Shown piece after piece: positions 39,991 to 51,435 of a stretch of DNA of 64,000 nucleotides (position 1 is the first letter of the stretch; each line of letters starts with the position of its first letter). Origin of the DNA: Phoronis australis (Eukaryota; Animalia; Phoronida); NCBI GenBank assembly GCA_002633005.1, contig NMRA01000534.1, positions 234,251 through 298,250 on the forward strand, in the 5' to 3' direction. The notes beneath the pieces were generated by a model. The model did no database searches, was not told the DNA's origin, and worked only from the letters and a program-made list of their open reading frames with translations. The position numbers were made by a program, and so were the translations under genes.

Positions 39991-40730
39991 CAAGGTACCT
40001 AAACTACACGGTCAACGGACTCAAAAACACGGGAACGGACGCATGAACACGACTCACGGACCGGCAAACACCGTCCACTGACTCACAAACACGGGAACGG
40101 ACTCACAAAACACGATCCACGCACCCAAATACACGGGACACGGACTCATATTCACGAGGAAACACGGTTAACGGACCGCCAAACACGGTCAACGGACAAA
40201 ATGTCAACTTCAGCGTTGACAGCTGTGTAATGGGTGCGAGATTAAATATATTTTTGATGTTATTTTTGTCTGTACTGTGATGTAATTGTTGTGATTTAGA
40301 AACAATAAACATTATTGAAACTAATTATTCGTTCTGAAATTTATTGACTTTCCAAACCTGTTTGTAACATCAAATCTTAATTTTGACAGTGAGACTAGCG
40401 ACTTGGGAAGCATCCTCGTCCGCAAGCCTCAAGAGAGCGCTGATCGCTAAGCAGATTAACGCCATCTTGAGGCTGACCTAGGAAGGCGATGAGTCCGTGT
40501 CCCGTGTTTATGGCATGCTTTATCGGCGTGGATCGTGTTTGGCGGTCCGTTAACCGTGTTTCCTCGTGAATATGAGTCCGTGTCCCGTGTATTTGGGTGC
40601 GTGGATCGTGTTTTGTGAGTCCGTTCCCGTGTTTGTGAGTCAGTGGACGGTGTTTGCCGGTCCGTGAGTCGTGTTCATGCGTCCGTTCCCGTGTTTTTGA
40701 GTCCGTTGACCGTGTAGTTTAGGTACCTTG
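39991..40730. mobile_element. Young MITE (twin of 9769-10465) with 5-bp TSD AATAA
   Basis: Same TIRs. TSD at 39986-39990 and 40731-40735. 43 bp longer internally. Confidence 0.95.
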
Positions 40731-40859
40731 AATAACAGATTACCTTCATTGTCACTCTACCAAGCTCTCCCCTCACTGCAGCGTTTGAGACATGCTGTTC
40801 AAGTCCCAACAAAAATTTACAAGATTTATTTTGCACGATTTCAATGTCTTGTGCGGATT

Positions 40860-41038
40860 GAAATCCCCAAATCTCAGAACCACAAACATGTGTGTCTGCG
40901 CCATTTCAGTGGACTTTCGTCTCGTTTTCTCGGACTTTTTGTTTCTCTGAGGCGGACCTTTTTGCCCACTTTGCCAATTGGGGGGCTCGTTCGAGCCCCC
41001 CCCCCAAGCCCCCTCCCCTCACCCTGGGTGCGCGCATG
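40860..41038. mobile_element. Partial copy of the GTGCGCGCATG-ended MITE
   Basis: Homology to 13020-13160. Confidence 0.65.
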
Positions 41039-41044
41039 ATGGTG

Positions 41045-41300
41045 ACGCTTACATACGAATGACTTGCATAAAAAGCATGGAGATACATTCAGCTTCTTCA
41101 TGGTCAGAGACCAGTTCGTCAACATTACTACATGGTGTAACACCATTCTGGAATCCAACCAAGTAGTACTTTTCCCCATAAGTGAAGCAAATGTCGAGGT
41201 CTCGTCCAACGTTTGAAAGGCCAGCCTGTTGCCACATTTTGCAGAAAAATGTAGTAAGATTTTCCTTGTTGGTATTTGAAGAAAAAAAAGTTCTTCCATT
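41045..41300 (-). pseudogene. Possible Academ transposase fragment
   Basis: DELVSDHEEAE resembles the L.S.HEEAD motif. Confidence 0.35.
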
Positions 41301-41731
41301 GTGAGTGTGACCTTTGCTGTGAGTTTAGATTTTGATTTCTTGGACATCACTGTTTGACGTTCAGTGCTTTCTCTCTATACTCTTAATGCTGACTAGAAAA
41401 TTTCTATCAAAAACAAAATCGACGCACATTTATTCAAAGTAAACACTGAATCATCAGGCTGTCATGGTCACTTCATGGTCCCAGTATCCATGCAGGAGGG
41501 TGGAATATTGTGTCAGCTCAAATCACAGTCCAGTATTCGAACCTGGATTCATCGGACCAGACACCTGCATAGTCCAGCGAACACTGTTCGAAACAACTGA
41601 GAGCTACAATAAAAGTAAACACTCAGTCTAAGAAAGAGAGTGCTGGCTTAGCGCGTCCAGCTCGGTAAATCAATCGTCATTTTTAGCAGAAAACTACTTT
41701 ACTTACCTGATTCATCATCACCAATCATCGA

Positions 41732-42460
41732 CATAGACCTAATTCACGCCGACAGGAGGCGCGTTCCAAAACGAGGCTTGATACGATAGCTCTGTTGGCT
41801 TATCGTCATAGTTGTATTCCGCGTTGCTTGACTGAACGGCTGAAAAAATACGGACTCTCAACTGTCTGTTTTACAATCCCTAAGGACGTTGAGATTCGGA
41901 AGCGTTGGGTCGTTGCCATACGCCGCGACGAAGGAAACTATGTCCGTGTAAATTTTTGTAAATATTTTTGAAAAGTTCAGACATATTTTAATTGTCGCAT
42001 TTCGGTTGGCGAGCATCATAGCAACGTACCAGAGAATCTTCGGCCAGCCAGGCTATGCTTTCATGACTACGGGTTGAAACATGATGCATTTTGCTTTCCA
42101 AAAAGATTAGGGCCCTCAATTCCTTGATTTTGGGGCCGGATATCGGCCTTATTCCTCTCTCGAAAAATTACGCGAAATTCCCCCCCACGAGGCCTAAAAA
42201 TTCCCCTAGTGATTGAAAATTTCTCTCAGGAGTTCAAATCACTTGTAACCACACAGGTGACAATTTGAAAGAGCACAAAATGCTACCTGAGACAGAGCCT
42301 ATGAGAGCTTGCAACAGGGCGGGGGTGATATTGATGGTGATTGGAAGGTAGATTTCCCCTCCCTCTCAGAAGACACAGACACCTTTCCCTCGGATGAGCG
42401 AGGCCTATGAAGAAATATGATAACTATGCTTGCTCTGTCCTGTTAACNTGAGCTATAGAC
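41732..42460 (+). mobile_element. THAP-remnant-bearing DNA transposon, copy 2 (no nested MITEs)
   Basis: Colinear with 21506-22630. Remnant PKDVEIRKRWVVAIRRDEG. Confidence 0.7.
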
Positions 42461-42614
42461 TAAAGTAAGTTTTACTCGACTACGTGTGGTTTGTCGGGTA
42501 AAATGGCGGCTTGGAAACGCAGACGAAGGTGTGCCAAGAATGCTGCGTTCTGATTGGTCAATTAAGCCGTCCGTCATAATCCTGGCGATAGGTCAAATTG
42601 AGGAATGAGCACAC

Positions 42615-44108
42615 AATGCGTAAACGCACAATTTTCGAATTCGCATTTTTAGGTTGGCCAACCCTAATAAACCCTTAAGAGTTTTTTTAAGTCGCTGATC
42701 AACTCGATTTTCTTGTTGGGTACGGACATGAATATTATCACTGTAATCGGTATTATGGGACCGATTTCAAAAAGCCCGATTTTATTTTTGTTTTTTAGCC
42801 TGCTTCAAGCATTTTACACTTACGTGTCGTCCACATCCTTTGACTGTTCTCTTCGAAAGTAACTTTGTTATTCACAGGCAGAAATTATGTGGGGTCCTAC
42901 GAGGTCCACACAAACCGTAATTGTGAATGGGAACGTGATCGAGGGTACTATTGGCTATGCATGTACTGGCCTACTCCTGGTAAATGGAAACGTCACTGTT
43001 ATTGTGAAAGAAAGTTGGTTGCCAGTGAGCTCAATCACACCAACACAAGCTGCAAATGGCTGCGATACGCGCACACAGAGACGGAGTATTTCTGGTTTTT
43101 TCGGTGTCGTTGCGGTCGTCAATGAGAAGAAACGCGTGTATAAATGGGACTGAGCAAAATGGCACTGTCCACGATTTATATTGCAACGTTTTGATGTGTA
43201 TGCAAAAATTGAAGTGATGTGTGTACTTTTGTGGTAGGCCCCGCTGCATCATCGTACGTGCTAGTGATTCACGTAAAAACTATGAAAGAATTCTATTTCT
43301 TATTAACTTTCTTCGGTCTTTCAAATGCCATGACGAAAATTATTGTTTCTACGATTGTACACTGTACTATAATGTAATTAACGTAGACAAATTTTGCTGT
43401 TACTTAGTAAAAGCAGTAGGTTGTTCTCTATAACTGAATATAGCCACAGACTTGGCAAAACACCTAACGCATTTCAAAACTTAGACCAACCACGTCATGA
43501 CTGAAAATTTATCCTGCCTCCTGTTCATTACCTCTAGGACCTCACTAAAAAGCAAGACTTGGCGAGATAACACGAGATATTACTTTGCATTTTAAACCAG
43601 ACTAGATTTTAGCGTAGGTCGTAGAGTTACTGAACGCACTCCTACTACAACTGTTATGGTTTCATTGAGTGGTATGTAATTAAACGTAGCTGAAATGTCT
43701 CATAAATAATTGCTGTTATTACCGTAGTATAATGCTGTTCATTTTGAAATTTATTTGATATTCTTACGCTGAGGCAGACATGTTTTATAACGTAACTGAC
43801 GGTAAAAGGACAGCTGCTTCTATGCATAGAGGTGGTACGGATTACTTTGCTTTTCACTAAACAGTTCTACTTTTTGGAGTTTTGTGTGACACTGTACTAG
43901 ATCTTATACACCAATAAAACAGCTTTTAGAATTTTAACATATAAATACGCATTGTTTTAGTACACAATGTACACGTCAACGTACTGTAGTACGAAAGAGC
44001 GAATTTCCTCCCTTCATGCGACCTAAGAACGAAAATCATTAAGTAATCTGATTACCTCTTGCAAACTGGTCTCGACAAGTTCTTTGTCCAGCACATACCA
44101 CTGTTGAA
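42615..44108 (+). repeat. Segmental duplication unit A (intron end, coding exon and 3'UTR)
   Basis: Colinear with 51436-52782. AATAAA at 43913 is conserved in both copies. Confidence 0.9.
42878..43125 (+). CDS. Terminal exon encoding an unrecognised ~82-aa Cys/Trp/Tyr-rich peptide (copy A), probably secreted
   Basis: Acceptor TTTGTTATTCACAG| (phase 1). Open to TGA. 7 Cys. Only frame-preserving indels versus copy B. Confidence 0.75.
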
Positions 44109-44399
44109 ATGTCGGCGAGGCTCGTGCTAGCTGCTCACCAACTCGCCATTGGCAGGCTTTCAAGCGTTCCTACTTTTCTTACTTTTTGGCCTGTTCCTAC
44201 CTTTCCTACTTTTTCTGAAATTCCTAATATTTCCTACTTTTTCCTACTTTTTTCTCACTGCTTTAAAAATTTCATTCAAGTTATGTTTTTGGAGTAGTCA
44301 GTAGTTGTTTTAGGTAATCAGGAACACCATACGAAAGGACTTCCTCCAGCACAAGCGATGCTAACCTAAAGCACTGGTGGCCATGTGTACAAAAAACAA

Positions 44400-45375
44400 C
44401 AAACTGTATATTTAATTTCATTTAATAAAGTCTATGCCAATTGTACGACAATTCAATTCTATTTTGAGTATTCAATGCTATTACACCAATTCAATCCACA
44501 CTCCTGGATTCCATATCGTGAACTCAAAGCTGGTTTGTATATTCTATCCTGTTTTGTAAATTCAATGTTGTTTAATCGATTCTGTTTGTTCTATCCTATA
44601 GTGTTGTGAATTCAACCCCATTTCATAAATTCACTCCAGTTTCATTGATTCTGTTTCGTCAATCCTGGTGGCCTAATGACACGCCTAATATATGCATGTA
44701 TTCTTCAAGCTGTTGATGTCGACAACAAGACTATTTACTCCAGCAATAGAAACTTTAAGAACATGCCTTCAAGGAACGCAACAGTTCGATGAATAGGTTG
44801 GAGTATTTCCTTCGTACAATATTGGATACTCTAGGGCTAGAACATGTGGCTTTGCCCATATCGCGTGCAGCCAATCTTTTGAGAGATGAAAATGACATTA
44901 GTTATCATGTTCACAGTGATAATGGTGGCCTGAACGCCCAACCTCACGCAACGCACAGACAACCGGGAAACTCAAACGCGTGCGCACATATGACATATTT
45001 GTTTCGTCCATAGGCCGCTAGGATTGACGAAACAGAATCGACAGAACAGGATTGATATGTTACACAAAGGTATTGGTTTCGCCTGTAGGCCGCTAGGATT
45101 GACGAAACGCAGTAGATGGAATTGGATTGAAATCAGGAAACGGGATTAAATTCATTATAAAGAAATAGGATCGACTGACAAAACAAAAAATCATTAAACA
45201 GCACTGAATTCACAAAACAGGTTAGTATGTACAAAACAGCATTGACTTTGTAATAAGGAATCCATAAGTTTGAATTGAATTGATGTAATTGCATTGAATG
45301 CACAAGATAGGATTGAATTGTCTTACTATTGGTATTGGATTTATCAAATGGAATTGAATATACAATTTGATGGTT
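44400..45375. mobile_element. Foldback element with ~280-bp diverged inverted arms
   Basis: 44400-44680 matches the reverse complement of ~45085-45370. Confidence 0.75.
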
Positions 45376-47259
45376 TTTGCATAAATGACCAATCATACTA
45401 AAGACTATGTAGTTGGAGAAATAGTAGGACTTCACAATTTTGAGTGGAAGTGGTTTGAGATCGTAATTCTATTGTATTTCACCTAACATTGAAGGAAAGG
45501 GGCGTCTTAAAGTGTAATTTGCAAGGTCCAAGTATGTTAAATTGCAATAATATCTTCAAGGTATTGCTATTTGGATGTATTTTATTCCAATCATCGTATT
45601 ATTGTATCTTTAGTTATTTAAAAAAAGCGAAAATAAGAAAATGCGCGAAAAGTTGACCTTTGACACCGTGACATGGTGTTGGGGAACACAAACCAGATCA
45701 TATCCCACAATGCAGTTCACTGCTATTATATCACAGTACACGAAGAAGAAAGACCGTTCAATCCTATCGGCACCCACATACCATTAATCAAACTAGAAAA
45801 TGACAATGGGGCAAACCAACTTGAAAAGCAGTGTTGCCACTCAAAGGGTCGCCCATATTTTAAATATTACAGTATACATTAAAACTTCTTGATATGCTAT
45901 ATGGGCGATCACCAATCCAATGGTATGCTCTCTTTACTCTATAGAAACTTTACCAGGCGGTTCCTACCCAAGTCGACTCGTAATCAAGCCATGTACCATA
46001 TTTCATTTATAAATAATGGCAACATTGGGTTATTGTACATCGACATGAAATGGTTGTTTCCATTTCAAGCATCGCCTTACAACATAAAACTGTTTTGGAA
46101 CACATGTGTATATTGATATAGGTCCGAGTTGACTTGAGTACGAAAATGAAATGACTTGTTCTATAACCTATAAAACTATGCCCTCCCCCAGCACCAAGGT
46201 GAGAAAGTCTAAACTATAAAATTGCAATTCTTTCATCCTCTTCTTTACAATTCACAGTCGATTATTCCAAAGTGGTTCTCATTCATAATGCTCAATTGCA
46301 TGCCAGTGAACCCGAGTCTCACGAGCTCAAACCACTGAGCCACACTGTCTACAAACAATCAGAGACCTAACACTTTTCGAGTGATTTGCTATAATGCAAA
46401 AAAATCCCAGTTTTATCACTGAAACTGGTATTTATCCACGGCTGAAACACGATTCATCAATGGGGATATGGGCGCCTGGTACTGACTGGTAATAAGCACC
46501 TACTTTTGAATTAAAAAAGACCAAGTTATAATTCGCGGTTGTAGGATACATATTGATAATATTCTTACCAATCACTAACATCTAATCGCAACTCCTGCGC
46601 ACCTTCAGCCTGTTGACGTTCACAGGACGAACCCGCTGGGAGTGAGTCTTCGGCGACCAGAGAAAGGGCCGTGAAAGGTATCGAGGGAGAACGGCTCCAC
46701 TACAGAAAAGCTGTGAACACATATTGTTCCTCTGGGATCTGTCACCTCCACCTCCACGTCCGAAAGGTCGGAATCATCTGAAAAGTCCACCTGTCCGTCC
46801 CTGTATCGTTCAAAGTATTCCTTATCTACGTTGCTGTACTCACTTGGACACACATTGCTTCCTTTGTGTTCCCCAACACCACGTCACAGATGTGTAACGA
46901 ACGAAAATGGCGCCGTTTCTATTCTCCGTTACAACGATGGCGTTACAACGACACGGCACTAAATATGTAAATAACTTTGTATAGCGGCGTACAATTCAGT
47001 TAATGTTAAGAATATAGGAATGATAATTATAAACTAGAATTTAGACCATATTGTTGTTCAGATTGGTTTGGACCTTGCCATTTCCTCTTTAAGTTCGACA
47101 GTCCTGGGGTTTGGTCCATGGGTGGTCCAAAAGAGCACCCAAAATCCAAGATTAAGACCCAATTTTCCTGGAGTTTGTAGATAAGATGGTGGTGTTTGGA
47201 CCCCGAGAGACAATAAAACCCTGTTGAAGGAGGGGAACTTGTTATAGAAGGATCTGAAC

Positions 47260-48310
47260 AGAAAAGAGACTCAAGCTTCAAGAACCAACTCGAGAGGGAG
47301 TCGTTGAAAAGAGAGCTACCTGCCTTTCTCAATAAGGATTGGTCGACCAACTTCTACACTCCACTTCTGTATGGAAGGGAAGTATATTGGGGGTGATGGG
47401 AGAGTGCACTCGGTTCTTCGTTGACGATGGAGAAGAATGCACAGAATCCTTTCCATCCCTAAGTTGTAATCACTCGGAAGCCGACATCAGTGTAGTCATT
47501 CATATGATTGAGGCGGCAAGTCCACACCTGGCGACATCATCACAAGAGTTTCTGACACCGACATTTTAGTGTTGGTCCTACACTATCTCCATTGAGTTAC
47601 ATCCATTTTGTGGATGAAGCTTGGGACTAGAGGACAAGGCGATCTGCGTTATTTAAACATAACTAAGATTGCTACTGCGATAGGCCAAGCTATGTGTGTT
47701 GCACTCCTCCGTCTACACGTGTTCACTTGATGTGACTATCCTGTGTATTTGTAAGGAAAAGAAAAAACAGACCAAATGTAGTCGTGGCAAAACGTGATCA
47801 GTTTCAGAGAACATTTCCTTCACTGAGTCGCACTATACCAACAGAAGAAGTCATCAAAATCTTGCAGGACTCAACAAGCACCGGTTCAATGTGGTGGACA
47901 GAATCTACAAACGGAAGTCACCGCTAAGCACCCGTTTGAGAAGCTTAAAAGCATCCAGTGCAGCAGTATTCCACCGTGCGAAGCTGAACTAGGGCTTCAC
48001 ATGGATAGAAAAGCACTTACTGATAGACTATGGGGTTGTGCTCATCTCCAAATCTTGGACAAAACACCCACCAATGTATGGGAATATGTTGACAGCGAAT
48101 TTCACATCATTTGGTTCAGTGAACAGATGCTCCTCTGCCCTCATTCCAGAGGTTCAAGCCGAAACAAAGCCAGATGACAATAGTGGCGATGCTGGGAGAG
48201 ATGATGGTATGGACAGTGATGTAGACAAAGATCATGATCCTCTGCCAACAGAAATAAAATCACCTGGCGAAGAGAGTGACGACGATCACGACTTAGATGT
48301 TTGCAGTTAA
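47260..48310 (+). pseudogene. Decayed Academ transposase
   Basis: CNHSEAD, SDTDILVL, LWMKLGT...RYLNI, ALL.LHVFT.CDY and IPPCEAEL.LH motifs with frameshifts and stops. Confidence 0.8.
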
Positions 48311-48847
48311 GTTACAGCAGATTAAATAATTGTTATTGCGTTTTGAATGTGGGTTTTATCTTATGAAACAATAGACTGTGCCTTGCATCACAATCTCATG
48401 TCCTTTCATTTGTTGCCACTAGATATGGTTCAAGCAGTTTAGCTTTAATTTGTAGCCAGCTTATTTAGTTACCCCCAGATGTATCTTCATTTAGTTTTTG
48501 TTTCATTTTTGTTGTATTTGAGAGTAAATTGGTCATATCTTCAGATGTTTTTGTTTATTTGAAATAATATGTTTTATCCGTAGTAATCAAAATTGTCGTA
48601 TTTCCTGTTTGATACAAGTTCATTTTGGGAGTCTTGTGATCCCTTGTGGTCCAAACACCCCCATCTTATCTGCTAACCCCAGGAAAATCCAGTCTTAAGC
48701 TGCGGATGTGGTGTCCAGAGTTAGTAAACTATCTTTTAGAAAAAAATTGTTGCACTTAACTTTAAAGAAATCCTTTAATCAATAAGTGTCTTAATCAATA
48801 AGTGTCTTAATCAATAACACAATAATTTTTCATGTCATAAGTTGTAT

Positions 48848-50348
48848 TATTATGCGCCCACATATTTATATGTGGACTTATTATGTCGTCATCTCTGTCC
48901 TTTCGTCCGTCCGGGCGGCGTCCGGGCGGCGTCCGTCCGGCGTCCGCTGCTCTATCTCCAAAATCCTTTGACATATGTTTATGAAATTTGGCAAATTTGT
49001 TCCAATCATAAAAGGGACGGCATGAGCGAACTTTCAGACGGATTCAACTACCGGTGTGCCCCCTACTGGCAATTTTAATTTTTTACGCTTTCGACTACTG
49101 TGGCGCCTCCTAGTGGCAGTTTTGTTTTTTTTAGCGCCTATGACGGTATCTCCTAAACCGTTCGCAGGATCTTTACGAAATTTAGTAAGTATACTTATAT
49201 GATGTTAACAATGGACGACGACGACTTTTGGACGGATCTGACCACCGGTGTGCCCCCTAGTGGAAATTTTATTTTTTACGTTTACCTTTGTATCTTCAAA
49301 AGTCCTTAACGGATTTTCATGAAATTTAATATGTAGGCACCTATTAGTGAGATGACGCTATCCTCCCGTTTTCGGATGGATTCGACGTAGTTTGCGCCAC
49401 CTAGTGACCATTTTTACTGTTTTCGAGTCTGTTTTTTGCGTCCACCCCTCTATCAACCAAACCGCTCAAAGGATGATTGTGTAAATTAGCATGTATGTGC
49501 TTACTATAAAGAGGACGGTTGACGATGGTTTTCCGACGATTTCGACTACTGTGGCGCCTCCTAGTGGCAGTTTTGTTTTTGTTGCGCCTATGGCTGTATC
49601 TCTTAAACCGTTCGCAGGATCTTTACTTATTTTAGGAAGTGTATGTATATGATGTTGACTATGAATTACGAAGAATTATTGGACAGATCTGACTACTGCT
49701 CTGCCCCATAGTGGCAATTTTAGTTTATTACGTTTAACTCAGTATCTTCGAAGGTCCTCAACAGATTTTCATAAAATTTTAAATATAGGCATCTATTGGT
49801 GTGATGACGCTATCTTTCTGTTTTTGGATGGAATCGAGGTATTTTGCACCACCTAGTGGCCATTTTTGCTATTTTCAAATCTTGTTTTTGGTGTCCACCC
49901 CTGTATCAACCAAATCATTTGAAATTTGGCATATATGTCTCAGTGTGAAGACGACCTTTGATGATGGTGACTGACTACTGTGGCGCCTCCTAGTGGTAGT
50001 TTGTTTTGTGCCCATAGTTGTATCTCCTAAACCCACTGCAAGATATTTACTAAATTTAGTAAGTGTATTTATATGAAGATAACAACAGACGACCGTGACG
50101 ACGACTTTCAGGCGGATCCAACGGACACTGTGCCCACTGGTGGCAGTTTCATTTTATTCTGTTTTCCTTTGTTTCTCAGAAGTTCCTTGACACATTTTTA
50201 TGAAATTTGGCATGTTCCTGATTTTGGATGGATTGTATGTTTTTGCGCCATCTAGTGGCCATTTTTATGATACAAAGAAATAACCCTAGAAGCACACCAT
50301 TTGCAATGCATTCGTGGGCGCATTTCAACGCTCCGCGTTGCTCTTGTT
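48848..50348 (+). mobile_element. Helentron-associated non-autonomous element (HINE/DINE-1-like) with internal satellite
   Basis: SubTIR ATGCGCCCAC (48852) / GTGGGCGCAT (50314). (GTCC)n-like tract, ~147-bp tandem units, 3' hairpin CAACGC-TCC-GCGTTG and CTTGTT end. Confidence 0.85.
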
Positions 50349-51117
50349 ACATCATTTGAAACAATTTTTATCCATAGTAATAATAAAAAATGTCGTATTT
50401 CCTCTTTTATTAGTACAGGTTTGAGGACCTATCCTCTGGGGTCCAAACACCGCCATCTTGTCTACAAACCCCGGGAAAAATTACATCTTAAATTTTGGAT
50501 ATGGTGTCTAGAGTTACTAACCTGTTTTGGAAAAAAATGTGCACTTAGAAGTTTAAATATCTTTAATAGATCTTTATGATTAGTAAGCATCTTAATTAAT
50601 AACCCCAAGCATTTTCATGTGTTAAGTTGTACCATTTTAATTTAAGTGTTGATTTGAATGAAATAAACTTGAAACAGATGTTGCACTTGAAATTTTATTT
50701 AAATGGATTTTTGGGTCCTATTGTGAACCCCCCTAAGGGACCTAAGCCCATTATTGTGCAACTTAAAACGCTCCTTTCATTCAATGGTAGGTGATGTACA
50801 ATAGAATTACGCAGTCAAATCTTTTGCACTCAAAAGTGAAAGTGTGAATAAAATCCTGCTAGTTCTCCAACTGATGGTAATTGCAGCCTTTCACATGAGG
50901 TGAACGTCATTATTAAATATCGATGAAAACTACTGGATGCCTCCCTTTGTTCACACTTTTCAATTCACAGTTCCTACCTTTTCCTACTTTTTTGCCTAAA
51001 ACTGCTTGAAAGCCTGCTAGTTGAGACAACTCCTGGCATCTGTTCCAGCCACGGGCACTCGTACCTCCCCCTCCGGTTTGGCATCCGGAGTTAGGGTTAG
51101 GTATCCGTCTGATAGCA

Positions 51118-51255
51118 CATGGGCGGCGCTGAAAAAAGTTGGGGCTAAAGTCCCCTCAGCCCCCCTGTGGTGCACTGCCTATAGACCATGTGCGGTGTAG
51201 CACTGTAAAAAATGGGGGCTATAGCCCCCCAGCCCCCTATGGTGCTCCGCCCATG
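51118..51255. mobile_element. CATGGGCGG MITE with 5-bp TSD
   Basis: TIR CATGGGCGG.GC, flanked by TAGCA/CAGCA. Confidence 0.7.
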
Positions 51256-51435
51256 CAGCACTTGTAAGTAGTCCTGCACATTTTTCAATTCCTTCCCCTC
51301 ATTCGTGTGTCCCCAATTTAAAGGTTCATTTCACCGTTGTGAAAGCAGTGAATGCTGAATTCTTAACGAAATAGCTTTTGCCGGGGTTTAAAAACATTAT
51401 CACACTCATCCCTTGCCGCTCTTGAATTATTGCCG

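Larger units (their letters stand above)
38720..40825 (-). mobile_element. 5'-truncated L2/CR1-group LINE (ORF2 C-terminus), interrupted by two MITEs
   Basis: CKFLLGLEQHVSNAAVRGELGR...LRIVKYWLKI...YGFGVVWIQGVGD...LARFRCSVHSL...VETELHFLVEC motifs. Confidence 0.85.
45410..50873 (+). mobile_element. Academ-type DNA transposon with ~110-bp imperfect TIRs and 3-bp TSD ATG
   Basis: ATG|TAGTTGGAGAA...TTCTCCAACTG|ATG. Contains a decayed transposase and subterminal repeats at ~47170, 48650 and 50440. Confidence 0.8.
44153..51016. mobile_element. hAT-like element (CAGGCTTTCAAGC TIR, TTCCTAC subterminal repeats) hosting nested insertions
   Basis: 13-bp perfect TIR at 44153 and 51004-51016. No clean TSD. 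Confidence 0.6.

Noticed and set aside
42887-43153. Alternative-frame 88-aa ORF overlapping peptide exon A
   Set aside because: No equivalent ORF is listed for copy B. The splice acceptor, conserved Cys and shared stop support the other frame.
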